64,000 bases of DNA from Deinococcales bacterium (GTDB lineage: Bacteria > Deinococcota > Deinococci > Deinococcales > JAAFIG01). Below the pieces are notes generated by a model, which worked only from the letters and a program-made list of their open reading frames with translations, was not told where the DNA came from and searched no databases. The translations under genes and the position numbers were made by a program. The stretch's first letter is position 1; every line of letters begins with the position of its first letter. Positions 38,581 through 47,432 of this stretch are shown here, one piece after another. The stretch is from the NCBI GenBank assembly GCA_031414595.1, contig JANNVX010000082.1, positions 1 to 64,000 of the forward strand, given 5' to 3'.

Positions 38581-40203
38581 ATGAAATATATTTTTGTGAC
38601 AGGTGGCGTGGTCTCGAGTCTGGGTAAAGGCATTACCGCCAGCAGTCTTGGCGCAATTTTACGCGCCAGAGGGCATAAAGTCACTGCCGTTAAAATAGAC
38701 CCGTACATCAATTTAGATGCTGGCACAATGCGACCCTACGAACATGGCGAAGTTTTTGTGACGGGCGACGGCGCAGAAACCGACCTTGACCTTGGCAACT
38801 ACGAACGCTTTTTAGACATAGACACCAACCGTAGCAGCAACATTACCACTGGGCAAGTCTATAAAATTGTGATTGAACGTGAACGCAAAGGCGAGTATTT
38901 AAGCCAAACAGTCCAAGTCATTCCGCACATCACCGATGAGATTAAAAATCGTATCCGCGCTGTAGCCCAAGCTGCCAACGCTGATATTACGGTTATCGAA
39001 GTTGGCGGGACAGTTGGCGATATAGAATCTTTGCCATTTCTCGAGGCGATTCGCACCATGCGTTTTGATGAGGCTTACGAAAATACCGCCTATTTGCACG
39101 TCACTTTAGCCCCTGAAGTCAGCACTGGTGAAATCAAAACCAAACCAACCCAACACAGTGTGGCACAACTTCGCAGCACTGGTATTTCGCCAGATTTTAT
39201 TGTGGTGCGCTCGAGTACCGCCCTCGGCGACGAATTACGACGCAAAATTGCGCTTTTTACCAGTGTCGAACCAGAACGGGTCTTCTCGAGTTACAACGTC
39301 GAATACTTGTACGAAGTGCCACTGGCTTTTGAAGAACAGGGCTTAGGGCGTGAAATCGAAAAGCGCTTAAAACTAGAGTCCATCCCACCAAGCCTTGGAT
39401 TTTGGCACGATGCAGTCAAAAAATTAAAGCACCCGACTTTTGAAGTCAACCTTGGTTTTGTGGGTAAATATGTAGCCATGGGCGATAGTTACCTCTCGAT
39501 TCTCGAGGGGTTGCGTCACGCTGGAATTGCCAATGATACTCGGGTCAATATTCATTGGGTCAATGCCGAGGACTTAAAAACCGATGAGGATGCCAAAGCC
39601 GCCCTCGAGTCTTTGGACGGCATTCTGGTCGGACCCGGCTTTGGAATGCGTGGTATTGAAGGAAAAATCCGTGCTGCCAAATACGCCCGCACCCATCAAA
39701 AACCTTATTTTGGAATCTGTTTAGGCTTACAGATTGCAGTCATCGAATTTGCTAGACATGTGGCTGGGCTAGAAGGGGCAAATAGCACCGAATTTGACCA
39801 GTACAGCAAAAATCCTGTGATTGGCTTAATGCCCGAACAACTCGAGACTGTCGGCTTAGGCGGCACAATGCGGCTTGGCGACTGGGAAATGATTATTCAA
39901 AGCGGCACACAACTCGAGAAGGTTTACGGCACGGCTGGCACAGTTCTTGAGCGGCATCGGCACAGGTATGAAGTCAACCCAGATTATGTGCCGCAACTTG
40001 TTAAGGCTGGCTTAATTGTCAGTGCCGTCACACCGGGTAAACAAAGCCGAGGGGCTGGCTTGGTCGAAGCCATCGAACTACCAAACCACCCGTTTTTTGT
40101 TGCCTTACAAGCCCATCCAGAATTTAAGTCCCGCCCAATGCGAGTCTCACCACCATTTAGGGCGTTTATTGCCGCCGCCCTCGAGCAGCGTACTGATGTA
40201 TGA
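38581..40203 (+). CDS. pyrG: CTP synthase
   Basis: KYIFVTGGVVSSLGKG, GTVGDIES, KTKPTQHSV, GICLG, ERHRHRYE, HPEF. Confidence 0.99.
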   Translation: MKYIFVTGGVVSSLGKGITASSLGAILRARGHKVTAVKIDPYINLDAGTMRPYEHGEVFVTGDGAETDLDLGNYERFLDIDTNRSSNITTGQVYKIVIERERKGEYLSQTVQVIPHITDEIKNRIRAVAQAANADITVIEVGGTVGDIESLPFLEAIRTMRFDEAYENTAYLHVTLAPEVSTGEIKTKPTQHSVAQLRSTGISPDFIVVRSSTALGDELRRKIALFTSVEPERVFSSYNVEYLYEVPLAFEEQGLGREIEKRLKLESIPPSLGFWHDAVKKLKHPTFEVNLGFVGKYVAMGDSYLSILEGLRHAGIANDTRVNIHWVNAEDLKTDEDAKAALESLDGILVGPGFGMRGIEGKIRAAKYARTHQKPYFGICLGLQIAVIEFARHVAGLEGANSTEFDQYSKNPVIGLMPEQLETVGLGGTMRLGDWEMIIQSGTQLEKVYGTAGTVLERHRHRYEVNPDYVPQLVKAGLIVSAVTPGKQSRGAGLVEAIELPNHPFFVALQAHPEFKSRPMRVSPPFRAFIAAALEQRTDV

Positions 40204-40305
40204 CTCGAGCAGCGTATGGATTTACAGGTAGCACCAGTCCGGGGGTATACTTCCGCTTAGATTTTATCTTTGACGAAGGCTGATTTCGGTAAAAGTCCTT
40301 AATCT

Positions 40306-40425
40306 TGTAAACGGAAACTAAATTTGCGAAAAAACAGGCACTTTTCGTGATTTATTATAGCTAATTTTGCGAAACTTTTATAGCTAATTTTGCGAACGTT
40401 AGTTTTCTATAGTTAAATCTGCGAA
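40306..40425 (+). repeat. Tn7-like transposon end: terminal TGT plus four TnsB-binding-site-like repeats
   Basis: TGT at 40306; AAACTAAATTTGCGAA 40315-30, TATAGCTAATTTTGCGAA 40356-73 and 40379-96, TATAGTTAAATCTGCGAA 40408-25. Confidence 0.82.
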
Positions 40426-40470
40426 TGCTTTATAGACTTCGCTTCCGTTTTGGGGCATACTATAAAATAT

Positions 40471-41103
40471 ATGCCTGTTCGCAAAATCCCTATGAATTAT
40501 TTGGTAGTCACAGGAAAATCATTGGGACGCGGACGTGTAGTTCAATATGAAGGCACACTCGAACCAGAGCTTCACCTTCTATTACGCTTTGATCCAGTGG
40601 TCAAAGATTACGAAGAACAACCTGTGACGATTAAATACGTTAATCTAAAAGGAAGAAAAACACATTACACACCAGACCTTCTTGTCCATTTTCGAGATTC
40701 ACGCCTTCCAGAACTGATTGAAGTCAAACCATCAAGCTATTTAGAAGAGCATGCTGCCGAATTGTTTCCTAAATTTGAAGCTGCTCGAGCTTATGCTCGT
40801 ACTCAAGGATGGACATTTAAGTTGATGACTGAGAAGGAAATTCGTATTCCCAGACTCGAGAATTTGAAATTTCTTTCAGTTTATGCGGACATTTACACCG
40901 AAGCCACAACAGTGACCCAAATTCTAACTACAGTTTCAAAACAGCCGATTTCAGTTAAGGACTTACTCAGTACCTTGTGCAAAAATGTTGACCAGCAAGA
41001 CATGGTTGTACCAATGATTTGGCATCTTGTGCTAGGTGGAAAACTTAACGCCAATCTAAGTGTTCCTATTTCTATGACTACAGTGTTATCCAAGGGTGGT
41101 TGA
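40471..41103 (+). CDS. tnsA: TnsA endonuclease
   Basis: YEGTLE..YEEQP..HYTPDLLV..IEVKP PD-(D/E)xK core and C-terminal wHTH. Confidence 0.92.
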   Translation: MPVRKIPMNYLVVTGKSLGRGRVVQYEGTLEPELHLLLRFDPVVKDYEEQPVTIKYVNLKGRKTHYTPDLLVHFRDSRLPELIEVKPSSYLEEHAAELFPKFEAARAYARTQGWTFKLMTEKEIRIPRLENLKFLSVYADIYTEATTVTQILTTVSKQPISVKDLLSTLCKNVDQQDMVVPMIWHLVLGGKLNANLSVPISMTTVLSKGG

Positions 41104-43034
41104 CAATGCCAGATGAATTGTTTCAAGCAGGAAGTCTTGTACGACACCAACAAACCGAGCAGCGACTTGAAGTGCTGGGGTTTGACGGTGCCGATGAATC
41201 TGGTGAAAGTCGTTTACTGCTGCGAAACACCCTGACAGATGAGATTGTTTCGGTTGCCAAGTACCTCTTAAAAGCTGAAGAGAATATTGAACCGCAAAAA
41301 ACCAAAAAAAGTCAAATGGGTGTTGCATCGCAACTCCTGACAGCATCACCCGAAGAAATTCATATTGCCACAGAAAAACTAGAATTGCTTTCCCCTTTGT
41401 TAAATTCAAATTCATTGCATCAAGACATCAATGCTTTAGCCGTCAAAATGGAAGTTCACAGGGCAACCATTTATCGTTGGGTAAAGCGATTACAAGAAAA
41501 TCCTGAGAACCAACTCTCAGCTCTGATGCGAATAAAAGAACAAGCAACCCGCGAATCTCGCTTAAAAGATAAACTGGTGAAGGGTATCATTGATGCTACC
41601 TTAAAAGATTGGATAGAAGAATCAAAAAAACAAGAAAAACGGATCACAATTACGCAGATTATTCGACGTATTAACCGTCGTTGCACTGAGCTTAAGTTAC
41701 AGTCCCCTAATCATCTTACAATTCGTGCTTATATCAGAAAGCTTAATGCTGAAGATATTTATCTAGTCTTAAAGGGAACCAAAACCGCTCGGCAACTCAC
41801 CCAGATACATAGCAATGGAGTCACCATACTTTACCCATATGATACGCTTCAAATTGACCATACACCCTTTGACCTCGAATTGGTTGATCCGACGCGACGC
41901 GATATTGTACTTGGAAAAGCAAACTTAACTCTAGCAATTGATGTATTCTCGAGAATGGTCGCTGGCATGTACATTTCATTTGACCCCATTGGTTCCTTAT
42001 CCGTTGGGGCGTGTCTTGTCCAAGCAATGCTGCCCAAATACGCGATTAACTACAAATACCCAGAAATTCAGTCACCGTGGCCCTGTGAGGGTAAACCTCG
42101 TGTCGTGTTTGTGGATAATGCCAAAGAATTTCGTGGCAATATGCTCGAACAAACAGTGCTTGAATATGGATTTCAGATTCAATTTCGTCCAGCAGGACAT
42201 CCAAATGTGGCAGGGCATATTGAACGTGCTTTTCGGACGTACTTAAAAGAAGTTCATCAATTACCAGGAACAACTGCTTCAAACCCACAGAAAAAAACTG
42301 GACATGAAGGCATTCCATCTTTGACATTAGATGAATTAGAGCATTGGTTTCATACATTTATCCTTGATGTCTATCACTTACAGAAACACTCAGCAATCAA
42401 CATGCCACCAATTGAAAAATGGAGGCAAGGTATTCGAGGTACAGATGACACACCAGCGCGTGGAATTGTCCGATTAAGCAGGGACCCCGCTCGAGTTCGT
42501 CTGGATTTTTTACCCTTGATAAAAGATGTCACGATTCAAGCTTATGGTATCCGAAGAGACTATATCCATTACTATGACGATGTTTTGCGAACTTTTCGGC
42601 GTGAAAATATCGAAGTTACAGAAGCAAACGCAAAGAAGAAATTTATCGTCCGACGCGACCCTAGGAATATTAGTGTTTTATATTTGTACGACGAAAAAAA
42701 TGACATTTATCATACGATTCATTCCAGAACACATTTGCCACCAATATCACTTTGGGAATGGAGAAAAGCTAAAAAAGCAGCTATTTTAGCAGGCAATAAA
42801 CTCGAGGAACTGAATGAAGACATTATCTATGCTGCGCTGTTAAGAATGGATAACATTGTCTCGAACGCACAAGCTGAAACCAAAAGAGTAATCACCGAAC
42901 AAGCAAAACTTAAGCAAGGACTGAAAAAACGCAAGGAGGAAGGATTAGCCAGCCCACTGCCTGTTTTTGTGAACCCCTCAGACAATAGTTCAACCGATTC
43001 TTTTTCTGACGAAGAAATCCAGTCGTATGGTTAA
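41100..43034 (+). CDS. tnsB: TnsB/TniA DDE transposase
   Basis: HTH (TIYRWV), QIDHT, IDVFSR, VDNAKEF, GHIER, Mu-type C-terminal DPRNIS, acidic tail. Confidence 0.93.
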   Translation: MTMPDELFQAGSLVRHQQTEQRLEVLGFDGADESGESRLLLRNTLTDEIVSVAKYLLKAEENIEPQKTKKSQMGVASQLLTASPEEIHIATEKLELLSPLLNSNSLHQDINALAVKMEVHRATIYRWVKRLQENPENQLSALMRIKEQATRESRLKDKLVKGIIDATLKDWIEESKKQEKRITITQIIRRINRRCTELKLQSPNHLTIRAYIRKLNAEDIYLVLKGTKTARQLTQIHSNGVTILYPYDTLQIDHTPFDLELVDPTRRDIVLGKANLTLAIDVFSRMVAGMYISFDPIGSLSVGACLVQAMLPKYAINYKYPEIQSPWPCEGKPRVVFVDNAKEFRGNMLEQTVLEYGFQIQFRPAGHPNVAGHIERAFRTYLKEVHQLPGTTASNPQKKTGHEGIPSLTLDELEHWFHTFILDVYHLQKHSAINMPPIEKWRQGIRGTDDTPARGIVRLSRDPARVRLDFLPLIKDVTIQAYGIRRDYIHYYDDVLRTFRRENIEVTEANAKKKFIVRRDPRNISVLYLYDEKNDIYHTIHSRTHLPPISLWEWRKAKKAAILAGNKLEELNEDIIYAALLRMDNIVSNAQAETKRVITEQAKLKQGLKKRKEEGLASPLPVFVNPSDNSSTDSFSDEEIQSYG

Positions 43035-43106
43035 TTGAAATCCAAGAATTCAACTGTCGCTTAGGAATTCTGCTTTTGAAACGGGGAAAGAATCGGCTAA
43101 TCTTGA

Positions 43107-43283
43107 AATGCTAGAGCCTTAGAAACCAGTCACGGACGAATCATAGCCCTTGAGAATGCAGTCAATCTCGAATTAAAAAGTATTACAGCCGTAGCGTCAG
43201 AACTTGGTTTTGATGTGGAAGTTAATTTGATTCCTCGAGATGGCGGAACGAGTTTAAGGGCGATGTTACAAGGCGGAAATTAA
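43107..43283 (+). pseudogene. Remnant of an XRE-type HTH gene
   Basis: Start-less frame ARALETSHGRIIALENAVNLELKSITAVASELGFDVEVNLIP, preceded by an in-frame stop. Confidence 0.5.
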
Positions 43284-43358
43284 GCAATTTTGGAGAAGAT
43301 AAAACCCACTTTTTGAAGGTGGGTTATTATTAGCTCGAGAATACCCAATGGCAAGTTC

Positions 43359-43775
43359 TTATAATTTCGAGCGTTCAAACACAGCATCCATAGCCTTAAC
43401 AACAACCATCTCGAGTTGAGCCGCAAAAGAAGTGGTATTTGTTCGGTACGAATCCTTTAAGTCAAATACGCCTAGTACCGTGTTGGTTTCTTGAAATGCG
43501 AGTAACACCAGTACATTTTCGGCTTCAAGCATGACGCTTTGGATTTCTTTTACCACAAGCCCAGTGGGTTGTAGCACATAAATACTCGAGTCTTCTAAGC
43601 GCTTGTTGAATTCGCGGATGGCTTTGAGAATGATTGGTTCGGCATCGCTACTTTTGGCTTTCCAAACCAAGTCATTGGTGGTAGTGAGGTCTTCTATGTA
43701 TTCACTTGGGTTTGTGTCGGTGTTGCTTGGGGCGCAAGCAAACAGCAGAAAAACGAGCATAAGAAGGTATTTCAT
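43359..43775 (-). CDS. Hypothetical lipoprotein
   Basis: LFAC lipobox; GGAG RBS. Confidence 0.75.
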   Translation of the reverse strand: MKYLLMLVFLLFACAPSNTDTNPSEYIEDLTTTNDLVWKAKSSDAEPIILKAIREFNKRLEDSSIYVLQPTGLVVKEIQSVMLEAENVLVLLAFQETNTVLGVFDLKDSYRTNTTSFAAQLEMVVVKAMDAVFERSKL

Positions 43776-43894
43776 GTTGACTCCAAGGGTTGTGGTTTTA
43801 CCAATTGGGATTTGAGCTATAAGTTATCCCTCGAGATTTGGATTTGTCCTGAAATGACTTACCGATTTGAGAATGAAATGACACATCTCCCACA

Positions 43895-43962
43895 GGGCGA
43901 ACACAAGGTTCACTCCTACAGAACAATGTTTTTTCGTAGGGGCGATGCTTGCGACCATGCCC
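43895..43962. repeat. Second inverted GTAG-REP pair
   Basis: Minus strand GTAGGAGTGAACCTTGTGTTCGCCC and plus strand GTAGGGGCGATGCTTGCGACCATGCCC. Confidence 0.65.
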
Positions 43963-44029
43963 GCGAGGTGCATCTTATGGTCAAGAAGTCATCGCCCAGC
44001 TACTTACGGAATTTATTCTTGGACAACTC

Positions 44030-47000
44030 CTATGGTTTACCACTTGGCACACCTTCGATTAGACCATCGTAGACAAGGGTCAAGAATTTGCTTTCCTCAA
44101 GTTCATTATCCAAGTATCTTCTGAGGTCACGGGGTTCTTTTCGGGCATTGATCAGGTCACGCATGGCTAAATACTGGTCAGTCGTAATTTTTTTGGCTCT
44201 GGCAAGTTCTAGTATTCTTGCCACTCGAGCTTCGACGGTGGTACTCGAAGCGGTTTGCGTGGTGGTTGGTGGTGGTTGCGTGGTGGTGGGTGGTTGTGCA
44301 ATTGGTTCTAGGGTTGCGGTAATTCTGATTGTTTGTCTGGCAATAACAGTGATGGTTTGAGTGAAGGGTTTGAAACCATCGAGTGTGACTGTTATGGTGT
44401 ACGTTCCAGGGGCAATAGTTTGGATACTTGTGGCTGTCTGGTCATTGATACTAATTCTGGCATTGGCAGGGGCAATAATTTGAACTGTGGCTAAGGTTTT
44501 TACAATGTCAAACACAGGTTTTAAGTCGGGTGTGCTGTAAATCCGAGCGGCATCTATGCTGCTTGTGGCGACTCGAGTGCCATCGGAAGAAAAGGCAACT
44601 GCAAAAACAATTCCGTAACTACCTTCGAGTTTCCTGATTTCCTTGGCACTGGCAATATCCCATATTCGAGCAGTATTATCGTAACTTCCGGTGATTAAAT
44701 TCCGTCCATCTGGACTAACGGCAAGACTGACCACAGAACCCGTATGACCAGAAAAACGATTGATTTCTTGTCCACTCGAGATACTCCAAATTCGGGCTGT
44801 ACTCTCAGCATTGGCTGTGGCTAAAAACTGACCATCTGGACTAAAAGCAGCCCTAGAACCCGAGAAGCGATTGATTTCTTTACCACTCGAGACTTCCCAA
44901 ATTCGGGTGGTATCGTCGCTACTTGCTGTGACTAAAGTCAGACCATTGGGACTAAACGCAACACTTTGCACCGAACCTGTATGACCGGTGAATCGCCTAA
45001 TTTCTTGTCCACTCGAGACATTCCAGATTCGGGCTACGTTACCACCACCCGTGGCTAAACTCCGTCCATCTGGACTAAAAGCAACACTGTCCACCGTACC
45101 TGTTAAGCGTTTGAGTTCCTTTTTGCTCGAGACTTCCCAAATTCGGGCAGTCTCGTCTTCTCCACCTGTTGCAAAGGTCAGACCATCGGGGCTAAAGGCA
45201 ACACTGACCACACGACCTCTATGACCTGTAAAACGCGCAAGTTCCTGTCCGCTTGCAGCATTCCAGATTCGGGCTATTCCATCATCGCCACCTGTTGCAA
45301 AACTCTGACTATCTGAACTAAAAGCAAGACTTCGTACATAATCTGTATGCCCAGCGAAGCGTTTGGTTACTTGAAAACTCAAGACACTCCAAGTTCGGGG
45401 TATACCATAGTTCCAGATTCGAGCGGTATCGTCATCACTTCCTGTGGCGAGTCTAAGACCATCAGGACTAAACGCAACACTCCACACAATACCACTGTGT
45501 CCTGTGAATTGTTTAATGGTTTGTCCACTCGTGACATCCCAAATCCGAGCAGTGCCGTCAGCACTTCCTGTTGCGAGGGTACGACCATCAGGACTAAACG
45601 CAACACTAAACACCCAATACGTGTGACCTGTGAATTGTTTAATGGTTTGTCCACTCGAGACACCCCAAATCCGAGCGGTATAGTCAGGACTTCCAGTGGC
45701 GAGTCTAAGACCATCAGGACTAAACGCAACACTGGTCACAGGACTCTTGTGACCTATGAATTGATTAATGGTTTGTCCACTCGAGACATTCCAAAGCCGA
45801 GCAGTCCTGTCACCACTTCCTGTGGCGAGGGTACGACCATCAGGACTAAACGCAACACTCCACACAGTATTCGTGTGACCTGTGAATTGTTTAATGGTTT
45901 GTCCACTCGAGACATCCCAAATCCGAGCGGTATCGTCCGTACTTCCTGTGGCGAGGGTACGACCATCAGGACTAAACGCTACACTCCACACTTGATCCGT
46001 GTGACCTGTGAATTGTTTAATGGCTTGTCCACTCGAGACATCCCAAATCCGAGCGGTCTTGTCCGTACTTCCTGTGGCGAGGGTACGACCATCAGGACTA
46101 AACGCAACACTGGTCACAGGACTCTTGTGACCTATGAATTGATTAATGGTTTGTCCACTCGAGACATCCCAAATCCGAGCATTGCCGTAATCACCTCCTG
46201 TGGCGAGGGTACGACCATCAGGACTAAACGCAACACTCTGCACATCAGTGTTTGAGTTCAGACTTTCAAATTCTTTACTCGATAGTTCTTTACTCGATAG
46301 TTCCCAGATTCGGGCAGTATAATCACCACTTCTTGTCACTAATCGCTGACCATCTGAACTAAAAGCAACACTTTGCACCCGACTTGAATGACTTAATCGT
46401 TCAATTTCTTCACCACTCGAGACTTTCCAAAGTCTGGCAGTCGTATCATTACTGCCTGTGGCTAAAGTTTGACCATCTGGACTAAAGGCAACACCGTTCA
46501 CTGTGCCTGCATGACCATTGATACGACTTACTTCTTGTCCATTTGCAACATTCCAAAGTCTGGCGGTTTTATCACCACTGCCTGTGGCTACCCTCTGACC
46601 ATCTGGACTAAAGGCAACACTGGTCACAGCACCTTCATGACCAGAAAAGCGCCTGGTTCCTAGTCCACTGGCAACACTCCACATTCGAGCGGTTTTATCC
46701 TCACCAGCCGTGGCTATACTCTGACCATCGGGGCTAAAAGCAACACTGTACACCCCACCTTCATGCCCTCTGAAACGCTTGGTTTCTTTTTCACTTGCAA
46801 TACTCCAAAGTCTGGCGGTTTCGTCCTCACTTGCTGTGGCTATACTCTGACCATCGGGACTAAAAGCAACACTGGTCACCCAACCTGTATGCCCTGTAAA
46901 ACGCTTGGTTTCTTGTCCTGTTGTAACATCCCAAATTCGAGCGGTTAGATCAACACTGCCTGTGGCTAAACTCTGACCGTCGGGACTAAAAGCCAGACTC

Positions 47001-47296
47001 GTCAAATCTCCGGTATGACCTGCAAAGCGCTTAATTACCGTACCACTCGAGATTTCACGCAAAATAACAATGCCGTCCCCTCCGCCTGAAGCCAGTAAAA
47101 GCCCATCGGGAGAAAAAGCAACTGCTGTAATTGGTCCAGGATGCCCTGCAAGTGTTGTTCTTAAAACCACTGCTGATAAATCCACGGTGTTTTGAGCCAA
47201 TGCGACAATCCCACAGAAAATAAGAATGCTACCCAGAACCCAACTCGACATTGATTTGAGTAAGACTGTGCCGTTAAGCGTACCAATTTTTTTCAT
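44030..47296 (-). CDS. Secreted WD40-repeat protein (about 20 repeats) with PEGA-like domain
   Basis: GH..V.SVAFSPDG..LATGS.D.TARIW repeats; PGTYTITVTLDGFKPF; Thr/Pro linker. Confidence 0.92.
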   Translation of the reverse strand: MKKIGTLNGTVLLKSMSSWVLGSILIFCGIVALAQNTVDLSAVVLRTTLAGHPGPITAVAFSPDGLLLASGGGDGIVILREISSGTVIKRFAGHTGDLTSLAFSPDGQSLATGSVDLTARIWDVTTGQETKRFTGHTGWVTSVAFSPDGQSIATASEDETARLWSIASEKETKRFRGHEGGVYSVAFSPDGQSIATAGEDKTARMWSVASGLGTRRFSGHEGAVTSVAFSPDGQRVATGSGDKTARLWNVANGQEVSRINGHAGTVNGVAFSPDGQTLATGSNDTTARLWKVSSGEEIERLSHSSRVQSVAFSSDGQRLVTRSGDYTARIWELSSKELSSKEFESLNSNTDVQSVAFSPDGRTLATGGDYGNARIWDVSSGQTINQFIGHKSPVTSVAFSPDGRTLATGSTDKTARIWDVSSGQAIKQFTGHTDQVWSVAFSPDGRTLATGSTDDTARIWDVSSGQTIKQFTGHTNTVWSVAFSPDGRTLATGSGDRTARLWNVSSGQTINQFIGHKSPVTSVAFSPDGLRLATGSPDYTARIWGVSSGQTIKQFTGHTYWVFSVAFSPDGRTLATGSADGTARIWDVTSGQTIKQFTGHSGIVWSVAFSPDGLRLATGSDDDTARIWNYGIPRTWSVLSFQVTKRFAGHTDYVRSLAFSSDSQSFATGGDDGIARIWNAASGQELARFTGHRGRVVSVAFSPDGLTFATGGEDETARIWEVSSKKELKRLTGTVDSVAFSPDGRSLATGGGNVARIWNVSSGQEIRRFTGHTGSVQSVAFSPNGLTLVTASSDDTTRIWEVSSGKEINRFSGSRAAFSPDGQFLATANAESTARIWSISSGQEINRFSGHTGSVVSLAVSPDGRNLITGSYDNTARIWDIASAKEIRKLEGSYGIVFAVAFSSDGTRVATSSIDAARIYSTPDLKPVFDIVKTLATVQIIAPANARISINDQTATSIQTIAPGTYTITVTLDGFKPFTQTITVIARQTIRITATLEPIAQPPTTTQPPPTTTQTASSTTVEARVARILELARAKKITTDQYLAMRDLINARKEPRDLRRYLDNELEESKFLTLVYDGLIEGVPSGKP

Positions 47297-47432
47297 AAAG
47301 ACCCCTTTTGCTTGATTTTCCAAAAACTGTACCTCAGATTGGTGTTACCCGAGGGGATTTGTAGGGTTAGAGTTTGAAGCTGAGGGTGTTGTCTCGAGTT
47401 GGGATGAGTTCTACAGATGGATTCCTTAGCCA

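Noticed and set aside
40315-40425. Short repeats as a mini CRISPR array
   Set aside because: Units are 16-18 bp with irregular 5-25 bp gaps, sit behind a TGT and precede tnsA; they fit TnsB binding sites.
45347-46255. 302-aa plus-strand ORF
   Set aside because: Antisense shadow of the WD40 repeats.
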